From positions 748-64,747 of the forward strand of contig JAGYKZ010000004.1 in NCBI GenBank assembly GCA_018401385.1: 64,000 nt of DNA, written 5' to 3'. Position numbers and translations under genes: made by a program. Shown one piece after another: positions 31,111 through 41,350 of this stretch (the first letter of the stretch is position 1; each line of letters begins with the position of its first letter). The notes under the pieces were generated by a model. That model was not told where the DNA came from. It did no database searches and was given only the letters and a program-made list of their open reading frames with translations. Origin of the DNA: Roseicyclus sp. Lineage in GTDB: Bacteria > Pseudomonadota > Alphaproteobacteria > Rhodobacterales > Rhodobacteraceae.

Positions 31111-32984
31111 ATGATGCGTCAGATGATGAGACTGCCGAAAGTCTTGGATTTCGCACTGATCGGCGCTGTAGCCTTGGGATGCACGACAGCGCAGCTCATG
31201 GCGCAAGATTTGATTGAAACCCATGCCATATCGACCTTTGGAACGCCAAAATACACGGCGGATTTTGCGCATCTCGACTATGTAAACCCCGATGCGCCAC
31301 AGGGTGGTGAGATGTCCTTCTCTTGGTCTTCGGGCACATTTGATTCCCTTCACCCTTACACCCGTGTCGGAAATTCTGCGGTGCTCGCCACGATATTCTT
31401 TGAATCCCTTTTGACAAGCACAGCGGATGAGATCGGATCGGCTTATTGCTTGTTGTGCGAGACGATGCGTTTTCCCCCGACCCGCGACTATGTGATCTTC
31501 AACTTGCGCGATGAGGCGGAATTCTCGGACGGCACGCCTGTGACCGCAGATGATGTGTTGTTTTCCTATGAAATTCTTCGGGATGAGGGGTTGCCCTCGT
31601 TCCGAGCGTCCCTGCCCATGACGATTGAAAGCGCCGAAGTGCTTGGCCCGCGCGAGATCAAATTCACCTTCAATCCAGAAAGTCCTTGCGTGGTCGGGCA
31701 GAGGCGGCAGGCGGTTTGCCCGTGTTTAGCCGCGCCAGCCATGAGGCGTCAGGCTTGGCCTTTGAGGACAGCCGCCTGACCCCTTTAATTGGGTCTGGGC
31801 CTTATATTCTAGGCAGAGTCGAACCAGGACAGCGTGTGATCTATCAACGCAATCGCGATTACTGGGGCAATGAGTTGCCGATCAACCGGGGTCGAAACAA
31901 TTTTGACAGAATTCGCATCGAATATTACGGCGATGCGATTGCCGCCTTTGAGGGGTTCAAGGCGGGCAATTACCTGTTCCGTCAGGAATCCAGCAGCCAG
32001 ACTTGGGCCACGGGTTATGATTTCCCCCGTTTGAATGAGGGGATTATCCTGCGCGAAGAATTGCCCGATGGATCAATCACCTCGGGCCAGAGCTTTGCGA
32101 TGAACCTGCGGCGTGAGAAATTTTCAGACCCGCGCGTGCGCGAGGCGATTGCGCTTATGTTTAACTTTGAATGGACGAACCAGACGCTATTTTATGGCCT
32201 TTATGCGCAAAATATCAGTTTCTGGGAAAACACCTATCTTGCGGCCCAAGATCTGCCCTCAGTGGCAGAATTGGCGATATTGGAGCCATTGCGGGATCAA
32301 TTGCCCGTGCGGGTATTGACCGAAGACGCTTTTGCCGCCCCCGCTTCTGATCCCGACCGCAGCCTTGATCGCCGTGCGGCGCGCCGCGCCTCCGCTCTGT
32401 TGGAGGATGCAGGGTGGCAGGTCGGCAATGACGGGATGCGCCGCAATGCAAGTGGCGCCACTTTGGATGTGGAATTTCTAAACGCCAGCCCGCTTTTTGA
32501 TCGGATCATCAATCCTTATGTCGAAAACCTGCAAGCGATTGGGGTGAATGCTATGCTGACCCGCGTGGACCCTGCGCAATTGCAGCAGCGGCAGCGCGAT
32601 GCGGATTTTGACATCGTGACGGATCATTTCCCCATGGGATTTGAGCCGGGATCGGGTCTGCGCCAGTATTTTGGATCAATTGGCGCGGATGAATCCCTGT
32701 TTAATGTTATGGGATTGGCGGATGCGGGCGTGGATGCCTTGGTCGAAAAGGTTGTTGATGCGGAGACGCAGGAGGATCTCACCCCTGCGGTGCAGGCCTT
32801 GGATCGGGTTTTGCGTGCCCATGTGTTCCGTGTGCCACAATGGTATAATCCAAACCATTGGGTCGCCTATTACGATATGTATCGTTACCCAGAAAATTTG
32901 CCGCCCTACAGTTTGGGCTTCTTGGATTTTTGGTGGATCGATCCTGAGGCGCAAGCGGCACTCGAAGAACAAGGCGTCTTGTAA
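31111..32984 (+). CDS. yejA: Yej-type peptide ABC transporter substrate-binding protein (frameshift at ~31685)
   Basis: [45 protein letters not shown] and [13 protein letters not shown] motifs. Confidence 0.88.
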
Positions 32985-32989
32985 GCGGC

Positions 32990-34144
32990 ATGGCAAGTTA
33001 CATCCTCAGACGTCTGCTTTTGATGATCCCGACCTTGTTTGGGATCATGGTTATCAACTTCGCCCTTGTTCAGTTTGTCCCAGGCGGGCCGATTGAGCAG
33101 GTGATTGCACAGCTTGAAGGCGAGGGCGATGTGTTTGCAGGCACCTCTGGCGGGGGTGGTGATGCGGGCCAACAGATGGAGCAGGTTGGCAATGATTACC
33201 AAGGCGCGCGCGGTCTGCCACCCCAATTCCTTGACCAACTGAAGCTTGAATTCAACTTTGCCCGCCTCGTTTGTGAAGATGGCTTTACGGGCACGCCCAG
33301 CTTACGCGCGCCCGAATGTGTGGCCGAAGACATCCCTGCTCTAGAGCGGTTTTTTCTGATGATAGGCGATTATCTGCGCTTTGATTTTGGGGAAAGCTAT
33401 TTCCGTTCGATTTCGGTGGTGGATTTGGTGATTGAGAAATTGCCCGTCTCCATCACCTTGGGGCTGTGGTCGACCTTGATTGCTTATCTTGTCTCGATCC
33501 CGCTTGGCATCCGAAAGGCGGTGCGCGATGGTAGCCGTTTTGACACTTGGACAAGCGGCTTGATCATTGTTGCCTATGCCATACCAGGCTTTCTATTTGC
33601 GATCCTGCTGTTGGTGTTGTTGGCAGGCGGCAGCTATTTTCAGATTTTTCCTCTGCGTGGTTTGACTTCGGATAATTGGGAAGAGCTTAGTCTTTTGGGC
33701 AAGATTGGGGATTATTTTTGGCACATTACCCTGCCTGTTCTGGCCTCAACCATTGCGGCCTTTGCCACGCTGACGCTTCTGACCAAGAACAGCTTTCTCG
33801 ATGAGATCAAAAAGCAATATGTCATGACCGCCAAGGCCAAAGGGCTGTCGGAGGGCCGCGTTCTATATGGTCACGTGTTCCGCAACGCGATGTTGATCGT
33901 GATCGCGGGCTTTCCTGCGGTGTTTGTTTCCGTGTTCTTTGGTGGGTCGCTCATCATCGAGACGATTTTTTCGCTCGATGGTCTGGGGCGCTTGGGGTTT
34001 GAGGCGGCGGTCAGCCGCGATTACCCCGTGATTTTTGGCACGCTTTTCGTCTTTGGCCTGATCGGTCTGGTGGTCGGAATACTGTCTGATTTGATGTATG
34101 TCTGGATTGATCCGCGCATTGATTTCGAGACGCGGGAGGTCTGA
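32990..34144 (+). CDS. yejB: Yej ABC transporter permease
   Basis: [35 protein letters not shown] and DPRIDFE. Confidence 0.93.
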   Translation: MASYILRRLLLMIPTLFGIMVINFALVQFVPGGPIEQVIAQLEGEGDVFAGTSGGGGDAGQQMEQVGNDYQGARGLPPQFLDQLKLEFNFARLVCEDGFTGTPSLRAPECVAEDIPALERFFLMIGDYLRFDFGESYFRSISVVDLVIEKLPVSITLGLWSTLIAYLVSIPLGIRKAVRDGSRFDTWTSGLIIVAYAIPGFLFAILLLVLLAGGSYFQIFPLRGLTSDNWEELSLLGKIGDYFWHITLPVLASTIAAFATLTLLTKNSFLDEIKKQYVMTAKAKGLSEGRVLYGHVFRNAMLIVIAGFPAVFVSVFFGGSLIIETIFSLDGLGRLGFEAAVSRDYPVIFGTLFVFGLIGLVVGILSDLMYVWIDPRIDFETREV

Positions 34145-34148
34145 AACC

Positions 34149-35261
34149 GTGCTCACGCTGTCTCCGCTCAACCAGCGCCGCTGGCGAAATTTCAAGGCCA
34201 ATCGCCGTGCCTTCTGGTCGCTGATGATTTTTTTGGTGCTCTATGGGATAAGCCTCTGCGCCGAGTTGATCGCCAATGACAAGCCCATTTTGGTGCAATA
34301 CCGCGGTGCCTATTATACGCCCATTTTCAACTTCTATCCTGAAACCGAATTTGGCGGCGATTTCCGCACCGAGGCCGTTTACCGCGATATCGAGGTTCAA
34401 TGCCTGATTATTTCCGGCGGGTTGGAGGCCTGCTGGGACGAGCCAGAAGGCGTGATTGCGGCGGTTCAAGCCACAGGGCTTGTTGATGGCGCTGAGGTCG
34501 TGCAGGGCTGGCTTCTGTGGCCACTTATTCCCTACAGCTATAACACCGTGAACGATATTGGCCGCGCTGCCCCTTCGCCGCCAGATGCCAATCACTGGCT
34601 GGGCACAGATGACACGGCGCGCGATGTATTGGCCCGCGTGATCTATGGCTTCCGCTTGTCGGTGACATTTGCCCTGATCGTAACGGTGATGGCCTCGGTC
34701 ATCGGGATCGCAGCAGGGGCAGTGCAGGGCTATTTTGGCGGTGTGATTGATTTGATTTTTCAGCGTGTGATCGAGATTTGGGGTGCGACCCCAAGCCTTT
34801 ACATCATCATCATTGTTGCTGCCATTTTCACGATGGATTTCTGGCTGCTGGTGTTTTTGATGGTCTTATTCGGTTGGACATCCCTGGTGGGGGTTGTGCG
34901 GGCGGAATTCTTGCGCGCGCGCAATTTCGAATATGTGCGCGCGGCCCGTGCGCTTGGCGTCTCAGATCGGGTGATCATGTTCCGCCATGTGCTGCCGAAT
35001 GCGATGGTGGCCACGCTGACCATGCTGCCCTTTATCGTCACGGGCACAATCGGGTCATTGGCGGCGTTGGATTTCTTGGGCTTTGGCCTGCCTTCCTCCG
35101 CCCCGTCTTTGGGGGAGATGACCTTGCAAGCCAAGAACAACCTGCAAGCGCCATGGTTGGCCTTCACAGCATTTTTTGCCTTTGCGATCATGCTGTCGCT
35201 TTTGGTGTTTGTTTTCGAAGGCGTGCGCGATGCGTTTGACCCCAGAAAGACCTTCCGATGA
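34149..35261 (+). CDS. yejE: Yej ABC transporter permease
   Basis: LSPLNQRRWRNFKANRRA, LGTDDTARDV, VRAEFLRARNFEYV and GVRDAFDPRK; GTG start. Confidence 0.92.
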   Translation: MLTLSPLNQRRWRNFKANRRAFWSLMIFLVLYGISLCAELIANDKPILVQYRGAYYTPIFNFYPETEFGGDFRTEAVYRDIEVQCLIISGGLEACWDEPEGVIAAVQATGLVDGAEVVQGWLLWPLIPYSYNTVNDIGRAAPSPPDANHWLGTDDTARDVLARVIYGFRLSVTFALIVTVMASVIGIAAGAVQGYFGGVIDLIFQRVIEIWGATPSLYIIIIVAAIFTMDFWLLVFLMVLFGWTSLVGVVRAEFLRARNFEYVRAARALGVSDRVIMFRHVLPNAMVATLTMLPFIVTGTIGSLAALDFLGFGLPSSAPSLGEMTLQAKNNLQAPWLAFTAFFAFAIMLSLLVFVFEGVRDAFDPRKTFR

Positions 35262-36841
35262 GTTTGCTGTCAGTAAATAATTTGCACGTCACCTTTCATC
35301 AGGATGGCCGGAAAATTGAAGCCGTGCGCGGGGTGTCTTTCCATGTGGCGGCGGGCGAGACCGTGGCCTTGGTGGGGGAGTCTGGATCGGGTAAATCCCT
35401 CACGGCGCTGTCGACCGTGGCGCTGTTGCCTGACGCAGCTGAGGTGTCGGGCGAGGTGTGCTATCGGGATGAGGTTCTCACCGGTGCCTCTGAGGCACGG
35501 CTGCGCGCGGTGCGGGGCAATGATATCAGCTTCATTTTCCAAGAGCCGATGACATCGCTGAACCCGCTGCACACCATTGAAAAGCAACTGGGCGAGGCGT
35601 TGAGCCTGCATCAAAATCTCAATGGTACTGCTGCGCGGGCGCGCAGTGTGGAGTTGTTGGAAAAGGTTGGAATTTCGGATGCTGCAAGCCGCCTTGGGGC
35701 CTACCCCCATCAATTATCGGGCGGGCAACGGCAACGGGTGATGATCGCCATGGCCTTGGCCAATGGACCGGAATTGTTGATCGCGGATGAGCCAACCACG
35801 GCTTTGGATGTGACAATTCAGGCGCAAATTCTTGATCTTTTGGCCGAGTTGAAACAATCCGAAGGGATGAGCCTGTTGTTTATCACCCATGATTTGGGTG
35901 TCGTTCGCAAAATTGCGGATCGGGTCTGCGTGATGCAGGCAGGTGAGATTGTCGAGCAGGGTCGGACCGCGGATGTGTTTGGTGCGCCGCAACATCCCTA
36001 TACGCAGAAGCTTTTGGCGGCGGAGGCCACGGGCGCGCCTGCCCCTGTGGCAACGGATGCGCCTGAGGTGATTTCCACCGATGCGCTGCGCGTCTGGTTC
36101 CCGATTACATCGGGTCTGTTGCGCCGCAAAGTGGGGGATGTGAAGGCGGTGAATGCGGCCAGCTTATCGATCCATGCGGGCGAAACGATTGGCGTTGTGG
36201 GGGAGTCTGGTTCTGGCAAAACCACCCTGGCCTTGGCATTGATGCGCCTGATTTCCTCGCAGGGGGCGATCCGTCTTGAAGGGCGAGAGATACAAGGGCT
36301 GAAAAGCGCGGCGATGAAACCCTTGCGCCGCGATATGCAGGTTGTGTTCCAAGACCCCTACGGCTCTCTCAGCCCACGGATGACGGTTGAGCAGATCATA
36401 TCAGAGGGTCTTTTGATCCATCACCCTGAAAGCAAATCCGCACGACATGATCGCGTGGCCGAAATGCTGCGCGAGGTCGGGCTTGATCCTGCGATGATGC
36501 ACCGATACCCGCATGAGTTCTCAGGCGGGCAGCGTCAACGCATTGCGATTGCCCGCGCAATGGTCTTGGACCCGAAACTGGTGGTGCTGGACGAGCCGAC
36601 ATCAGCGCTTGATATGACTGTTCAGGTGCAGATCGTGGAATTGCTGCGCGATTTGCAGGCGAGGAAGGGTTTGGCCTATCTCTTTATCAGTCATGACCTG
36701 CGGGTGGTGCGCGCCTTGGCGCATCGGATTTTGGTGATGAAATCAGGTGATGTGGTCGAGCAGGGTGAGGCCGCACAGGTGTTTGACGCGCCCGCGCACC
36801 CCTATACGCAATCTCTGCTCAAAGCGGCGCTGCGCCATTAG
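35258..36841 (+). CDS. yejF: Dual-domain ABC ATPase
   Basis: Two GESGSGK Walker A motifs, two SGGQRQR signatures and two DEPT motifs. Confidence 0.92.
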   Translation: MSLLSVNNLHVTFHQDGRKIEAVRGVSFHVAAGETVALVGESGSGKSLTALSTVALLPDAAEVSGEVCYRDEVLTGASEARLRAVRGNDISFIFQEPMTSLNPLHTIEKQLGEALSLHQNLNGTAARARSVELLEKVGISDAASRLGAYPHQLSGGQRQRVMIAMALANGPELLIADEPTTALDVTIQAQILDLLAELKQSEGMSLLFITHDLGVVRKIADRVCVMQAGEIVEQGRTADVFGAPQHPYTQKLLAAEATGAPAPVATDAPEVISTDALRVWFPITSGLLRRKVGDVKAVNAASLSIHAGETIGVVGESGSGKTTLALALMRLISSQGAIRLEGREIQGLKSAAMKPLRRDMQVVFQDPYGSLSPRMTVEQIISEGLLIHHPESKSARHDRVAEMLREVGLDPAMMHRYPHEFSGGQRQRIAIARAMVLDPKLVVLDEPTSALDMTVQVQIVELLRDLQARKGLAYLFISHDLRVVRALAHRILVMKSGDVVEQGEAAQVFDAPAHPYTQSLLKAALRH

Positions 36842-38193
36842 ATCGCGGAGGAATGTCCTTCGCTGCGCATCTCATAGGCATCGAAGGCCCGCGCGATCAT
36901 GCGTGTGAGCGGTTTGCCCTCTTTATGCACCACGAAACCCAGTTCGGTCACAGCAACCATATTAGGGAAGTGTCGCGCAACCCCTTGCAGCAGGGCTTCC
37001 AGACCCATGGGCGCAATGTCAAAATCGCGCAAAATTTCCGCGCGGTTGATGTTGAAGTCGCACATCACGGCTTCGATCAGACGCGCGCGCAGACGATCTT
37101 CGCCCTTGAAGACATGACCGCGCCCCGTGGCCAATTCCCCTGCGCGCACGGCTTTTTGATATTCGGCCGTGCTTGACGCATTTTGTGCATAGCCTTGCGG
37201 AAAGCGGGAGATGGCGGAAGCACCAAGCCCGAGCAGTGTGTCACAGGTGTCATCTGTATAGCCTTGGAAATTGCGGCGCAGGCGACCTTCGCGTGCCGCG
37301 CGGCCCAGACTGTCATCGGGCCGGGCGAAATGGTCGATGCCAATTTCCTGATACCCGTCCCAGAGGAACAACTCGCGCGCCACATCAAACAGCTTCAACC
37401 GCGTTTCAGGGGTGGGCAGCGCCTCTGTGGGGATCATGGACTGCCGTTTGGACATCCATGGCACATGGGCATAGCCATAAAGTGCCACCCGATCAGGGCT
37501 GAGAGAGAGCAGCATCTGAACCGTTTCGGCGATGCGGGTCGCGTCCTGATGGGGGAGGCCAAACAGGATATCAGCATTCAGAGATGTAATCCCGCGCGCG
37601 CGGAGCGCATCCACTGCTGCCTTGGTCACATCATAGGTTTGCAGACGTCCGATGGTGTTTTGAATTTCGCTGTGGAAATCCTGCACCCCGATGGAGGCGC
37701 GGTTCATTCCCGCGGCGATCAACGCATCGAGGCGGGGACCATCGATTTCATTGGGATCGATTTCGACTGAAAACTCGCAATCCGTGTCCATCGGCAGAAC
37801 GGTTGCAAGATGCGCGGAAAGATCAGCGATCTGTTCTGGGGTCAACAATGTGGGCGTTCCACCCCCCCAATGCAGCCGCGCAAGCTTTACACCTTTGGGG
37901 AGGATTGCGGACAGGTTGGTGATCTCTTGTTTCAAGCTCGCCATGTACGCGATGATTGGCTCATCCGAGCGCACGCCTTGCGTGCGGCACGCGCAAAACC
38001 AGCACAAGCGGCGACAAAACGGCACATGGATATAGGCTGAGATGCGCGCGTCTTCGGACAATTCACCGATCCAACCTTTGAAAATCCCCGAAGTTACGTC
38101 ATTCGAGAACTTGGTGGCGGGTGGATAGCTTGTGTACCGCGGAACCTTCGCGTCAAACAGACCCAGTTTACGGAGTTGCGTCATATCATCCAT
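36838..38193 (-). CDS. hemN: Oxygen-independent coproporphyrinogen III oxidase (radical SAM)
   Basis: PRYTSYPPA, CRRLCWFC, HWGGGTPT, YAHVPW and RNFQGY motifs. Confidence 0.96.
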   Translation of the reverse strand: MDDMTQLRKLGLFDAKVPRYTSYPPATKFSNDVTSGIFKGWIGELSEDARISAYIHVPFCRRLCWFCACRTQGVRSDEPIIAYMASLKQEITNLSAILPKGVKLARLHWGGGTPTLLTPEQIADLSAHLATVLPMDTDCEFSVEIDPNEIDGPRLDALIAAGMNRASIGVQDFHSEIQNTIGRLQTYDVTKAAVDALRARGITSLNADILFGLPHQDATRIAETVQMLLSLSPDRVALYGYAHVPWMSKRQSMIPTEALPTPETRLKLFDVARELFLWDGYQEIGIDHFARPDDSLGRAAREGRLRRNFQGYTDDTCDTLLGLGASAISRFPQGYAQNASSTAEYQKAVRAGELATGRGHVFKGEDRLRARLIEAVMCDFNINRAEILRDFDIAPMGLEALLQGVARHFPNMVAVTELGFVVHKEGKPLTRMIARAFDAYEMRSEGHSSAI

Positions 38194-38227
38194 AGGTCTA
38201 GCATAGGCGTGACCGACCGGGTTTGGA

Positions 38228-38241
38228 TTGACCTAGATCAA
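38228..38241. promoter_or_regulatory. FNR/FnrL box between hemN and fnrL
   Basis: TTGAC-CTAG-ATCAA; -10-like TATGCT on the minus strand at 38205-38200. Confidence 0.9.
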
Positions 38242-38268
38242 CCCAAATTGAACGAGCTGAATTTACGG

Positions 38269-39027
38269 ATGGCTTTTATGCCAAACAGACCGCTGACCCT
38301 TCCAAAGCAGGACTGCGTTGATTGTCCTATTCGTCACAAAGCCGTTTGCGCGCATTGTGAGCCTGATGAGCTGTCTGTTCTGGAAGAAATCAAGTTCTAC
38401 AAGGGATTTTCCGCGGGGCAGCCCATAGTTTGGGCGGGTGATCAGATGGAGTTTGTCGGCTCTGTGGTGTCTGGTGTAGCCTCGATGACCCAGACCATGG
38501 AGGATGGCCGCCGCCAGATGGTGGGGCTTTTGTTGCCGTCAGATTTCTTGGGTCGCCCGAATCGGGAAACGGTGGCCTATGATGTGCAGGCGGCCACCGA
38601 TGTCGTGCTGTGCTGCTTCCGCCGCAACCCGTTTCATCAGTTGATTACGACCACACCCCATATCAGCCAGCGCTTGCTTGAAATGACATTGGATGAATTG
38701 GATGCGGCGCGCGAATGGATGCTGCTTTTGGGGCGCAAGACGGCGCGCGAAAAGATTGCGTCATTTCTGACCATCATCGCGCGGCGCGATGCCAGTTTGA
38801 AAAATATGCCCTCTCTTGGCGGGCCATTGACCTTTGATCTGCCCCTGACCCGTGAGGCGATGGCCGATTACATGGGTCTGACCATCGAAACTGTCAGCCG
38901 CCAAATGACGGCGCTGCGTAAAGACAGCGTGATCGAATTGGATGGGAAACGTCACATCATCGTTCCCGATTTTGAAGCCTTGCTGGCCGAAACTGGCGAT
39001 GATGATGATGGGGGCTTGCCAGCGTGA
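38269..39027 (+). CDS. fnrL: Anaerobic regulator FnrL (Crp/Fnr family)
   Basis: N-terminal Cys cluster CVDCPIRHKAVCAHC, LCCF, LGRKTAREK and HTH GLTIETVSR. Start is 38269 or 38278. Confidence 0.96.
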   Translation: MAFMPNRPLTLPKQDCVDCPIRHKAVCAHCEPDELSVLEEIKFYKGFSAGQPIVWAGDQMEFVGSVVSGVASMTQTMEDGRRQMVGLLLPSDFLGRPNRETVAYDVQAATDVVLCCFRRNPFHQLITTTPHISQRLLEMTLDELDAAREWMLLLGRKTAREKIASFLTIIARRDASLKNMPSLGGPLTFDLPLTREAMADYMGLTIETVSRQMTALRKDSVIELDGKRHIIVPDFEALLAETGDDDDGGLPA

Positions 39028-39098
39028 GTTTTCCAAGATTGTAATTTCCCAAACGGGCGCACAGAGCCAGATATGCGCGCAGATATGGGGTCGCTGTT

Positions 39099-40317
39099 AT
39101 GAACAGACGCGGGCTGATATTGGGTGCTGCATCCATACTGGCTGCGCCGCACTATCTCTATGGCAGCCTGCCATTGCCGCAGCCGCGCCGTGTTGCGCAG
39201 CGCATGGTGGAATGATCCTTACGCGCGCGGCTCTTATTCGCATTTGGGTCTCACGGGGACGCGCGCGGATCGTGTCGCCCTGAGCCGACCTGTTGCGGCG
39301 CGCCTTGTCTTGGCAGGGGAAGCCACTGAACCAGATCATCCGTCCACTGTGCATGGCGCAATCCTGTCGGGGCGGCGGGCGGCGGAGCAAATCCTAGAAA
39401 TGGGTGCTGCTCATGTTCTGATTGCGGGTGCGGGGGTTGCAGGCCTGGCCGCTGCGGTGGTCTTGTTGCAGGCGGGGCGCAGGGTCGAGATGATTGAGGC
39501 GCGCGATCGCATCGGCGGGCGAGTGGTCAGCGACCGCAGCCTCGGCTTTGCGGCTGATTTGGGCGCGTCTTGGATCCATGGCAGGCGCGGCAATCCCGTC
39601 ACCGAATTGGCGCAGAGCGTGGACCTTTCCTTGTTGCGCAGCAACTGGGAGGGGATCGTGATCCGTGACGGGCAAGGCCGCGTGGTGGATATGCCCGCAT
39701 GGCTGGAGGCGCATAGCATCGCCAATCTCGATTACGCCGATGATCTGGATCACCTCTCCGAGCGCGCGTTACAGGAGGGTGCGGGGTTTCACGGGCCAGA
39801 TGTTTTGATCAAAGGCGGCTATGATCAAATTTTGTGCGGCTTTGACTTGGATGGGTTGGAGCTGCATCTCAATGCAGCGATCAACAAGATTGAGCATGAT
39901 CTGCGTGGGGTTGTGGTCTCAAGCGCCGCAGGCCAACACCACGCAGAGGCCGCAATTGTGACACTGCCCCTTGGTGTGTTGCAGTCCGATACAGTGCAGT
40001 TTTCGCCTGCACTGCCCGCACCTGTGCAAATGGCGGTGTCGCGCCTCAAAATGGGCAGTTTGGAAAAGGTTTTCCTCGCTTATGATGATGTATTCTGGGA
40101 TCGCGATGCCGAAGTGATTTTGGCCGCTGATGCAAAGGACGGGGCTTTTGCGGCCTTTGTCAATCTTATGCCCTTGACGGGGGAGGCGGCTGTGATGGCG
40201 CTCAACGGGGGCGATTATGCCCGCGGCCTTGCGGCATATGACAGCGTGGAACTGGGCCAAATGGCAAGCGCGGCCTTGGCCGCGCTTTACCCCTTGCGCA
40301 GCTTAATGCGCCATTAA
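39099..40317 (+). CDS. Circularly permuted flavin-containing amine oxidase with a twin-arginine leader (probable 2-nt error at ~39190)
   Basis: MNRRGLILGAASILAAP leader. WWNDPYARGSYS, LAGEAT and TVHGAILSGRRAA come before IAGAGVAG, EARDRIGGR, GASWIHG and TLPLGVL. Confidence 0.85.
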
Positions 40318-41145
40318 AATGGGGGTCTTGGCTTCCGCCAACAAATCGCGCGTGGCCCCGCCCAAAATCGCCTCGCGCAGCCGCGAATGGCTGTAAGCCC
40401 CCATGACCAAAAGATCAGCATCACGGTCCGCCATGTGGCGGGTGATTTCATCGCTGATGCGGCCCAAACGGCGCGGCACCAGGCTGATATTAGCGTGAAC
40501 GCCATGACGACTGAGCCACGTTGCCAGTTCCTCCCCAGGTTCTGCGGGGGCAATGCCACTCCTTTCGGGATCGATGATGAGAATATCCACCTCATCCGCA
40601 GCCTTCAGAAGTCCAAGCGCATGGCGCGCGGCGGCGAGGGCTTCGGCGCTGTTGTTCCAAGCAAGCACGATGCGGCGCGCAGGATTGGGGATCGTGGCCC
40701 CTTCTGGGATCACCAAAACGGGCGCCCCACCTTCGAACAGGGCGGCCTCTGTGACCATCGGTGCATAGCTGCCCGTATCGCTGCCATAGGGCAGCGGCAA
40801 GATCACCAAATCTGCGAAATGGGCATTCGCTGAGATCAGGCGGCCCAAACCAGCCGATTGGGTCACCGTGGACTCAACCTCATATGCAACGCCTTCATTT
40901 TTCAGCAGCGCCTCAGCGCGGGCTTGGATGTCAAGCGCCTCGCTGCGGGCCAGCTGGAGGGTTTCGTCACTCATGATCGCGGCGCTTGCACCCGCTACGA
41001 AATAGCCTGCTTGGGTGGCATCAATCCCAAGTGAAAGAACCCGCAAATGCGCGTCTGTGGCGCGGACATAGGGAATAATGGATGCAAGGGTTTTCTCGAC
41101 CGCATTGGGGTCATCCAGAACCGTCATGATGGTTGGAAAGGACAT
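40303..41145 (-). CDS. Universal stress protein (tandem Usp domains)
   Basis: ADLVIL, APVLVIP, VLAWNNSAEA and DLLVMGAYSHSRLREAILGGATR motifs. Confidence 0.93.
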   Translation of the reverse strand: MSFPTIMTVLDDPNAVEKTLASIIPYVRATDAHLRVLSLGIDATQAGYFVAGASAAIMSDETLQLARSEALDIQARAEALLKNEGVAYEVESTVTQSAGLGRLISANAHFADLVILPLPYGSDTGSYAPMVTEAALFEGGAPVLVIPEGATIPNPARRIVLAWNNSAEALAAARHALGLLKAADEVDILIIDPERSGIAPAEPGEELATWLSRHGVHANISLVPRRLGRISDEITRHMADRDADLLVMGAYSHSRLREAILGGATRDLLAEAKTPILMAH

Positions 41146-41210
41146 GGCGCATCTCCGTCACTGGTGGAATTTCACACCTAAAGCCTACACCCCGAACGCC
41201 CTATTGGCCT

Positions 41211-41224
41211 TTGATTTGGGTCAA
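41211..41224. promoter_or_regulatory. FNR box (probably for usp)
   Basis: TTGAT-TTGG-GTCAA; minus-strand TAGGCT at 41187-41182. Confidence 0.85.
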
Positions 41225-41242
41225 AGGAAAGCACGGAAACGA

Positions 41243-41256
41243 TTGACATGGATCAA
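41243..41256. promoter_or_regulatory. FNR box (probably for ccoN)
   Basis: TTGAC-ATGG-ATCAA. Confidence 0.88.
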
Positions 41257-41350
41257 GGAGGAATTGCCGCAAATGAGCGATTTGAAGGGCAATAGGAAAC
41301 AGCTTTACGGGTCTTCGACTCACCCGAAAAGCGATACGAAGGGACGATCT

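Noticed and set aside
30408-36841. Cytochrome c next to yejABEF as a novel system
   Set aside because: This pheA-cycM-yej order is common in alphaproteobacteria, and a terminator separates cycM from yejA.
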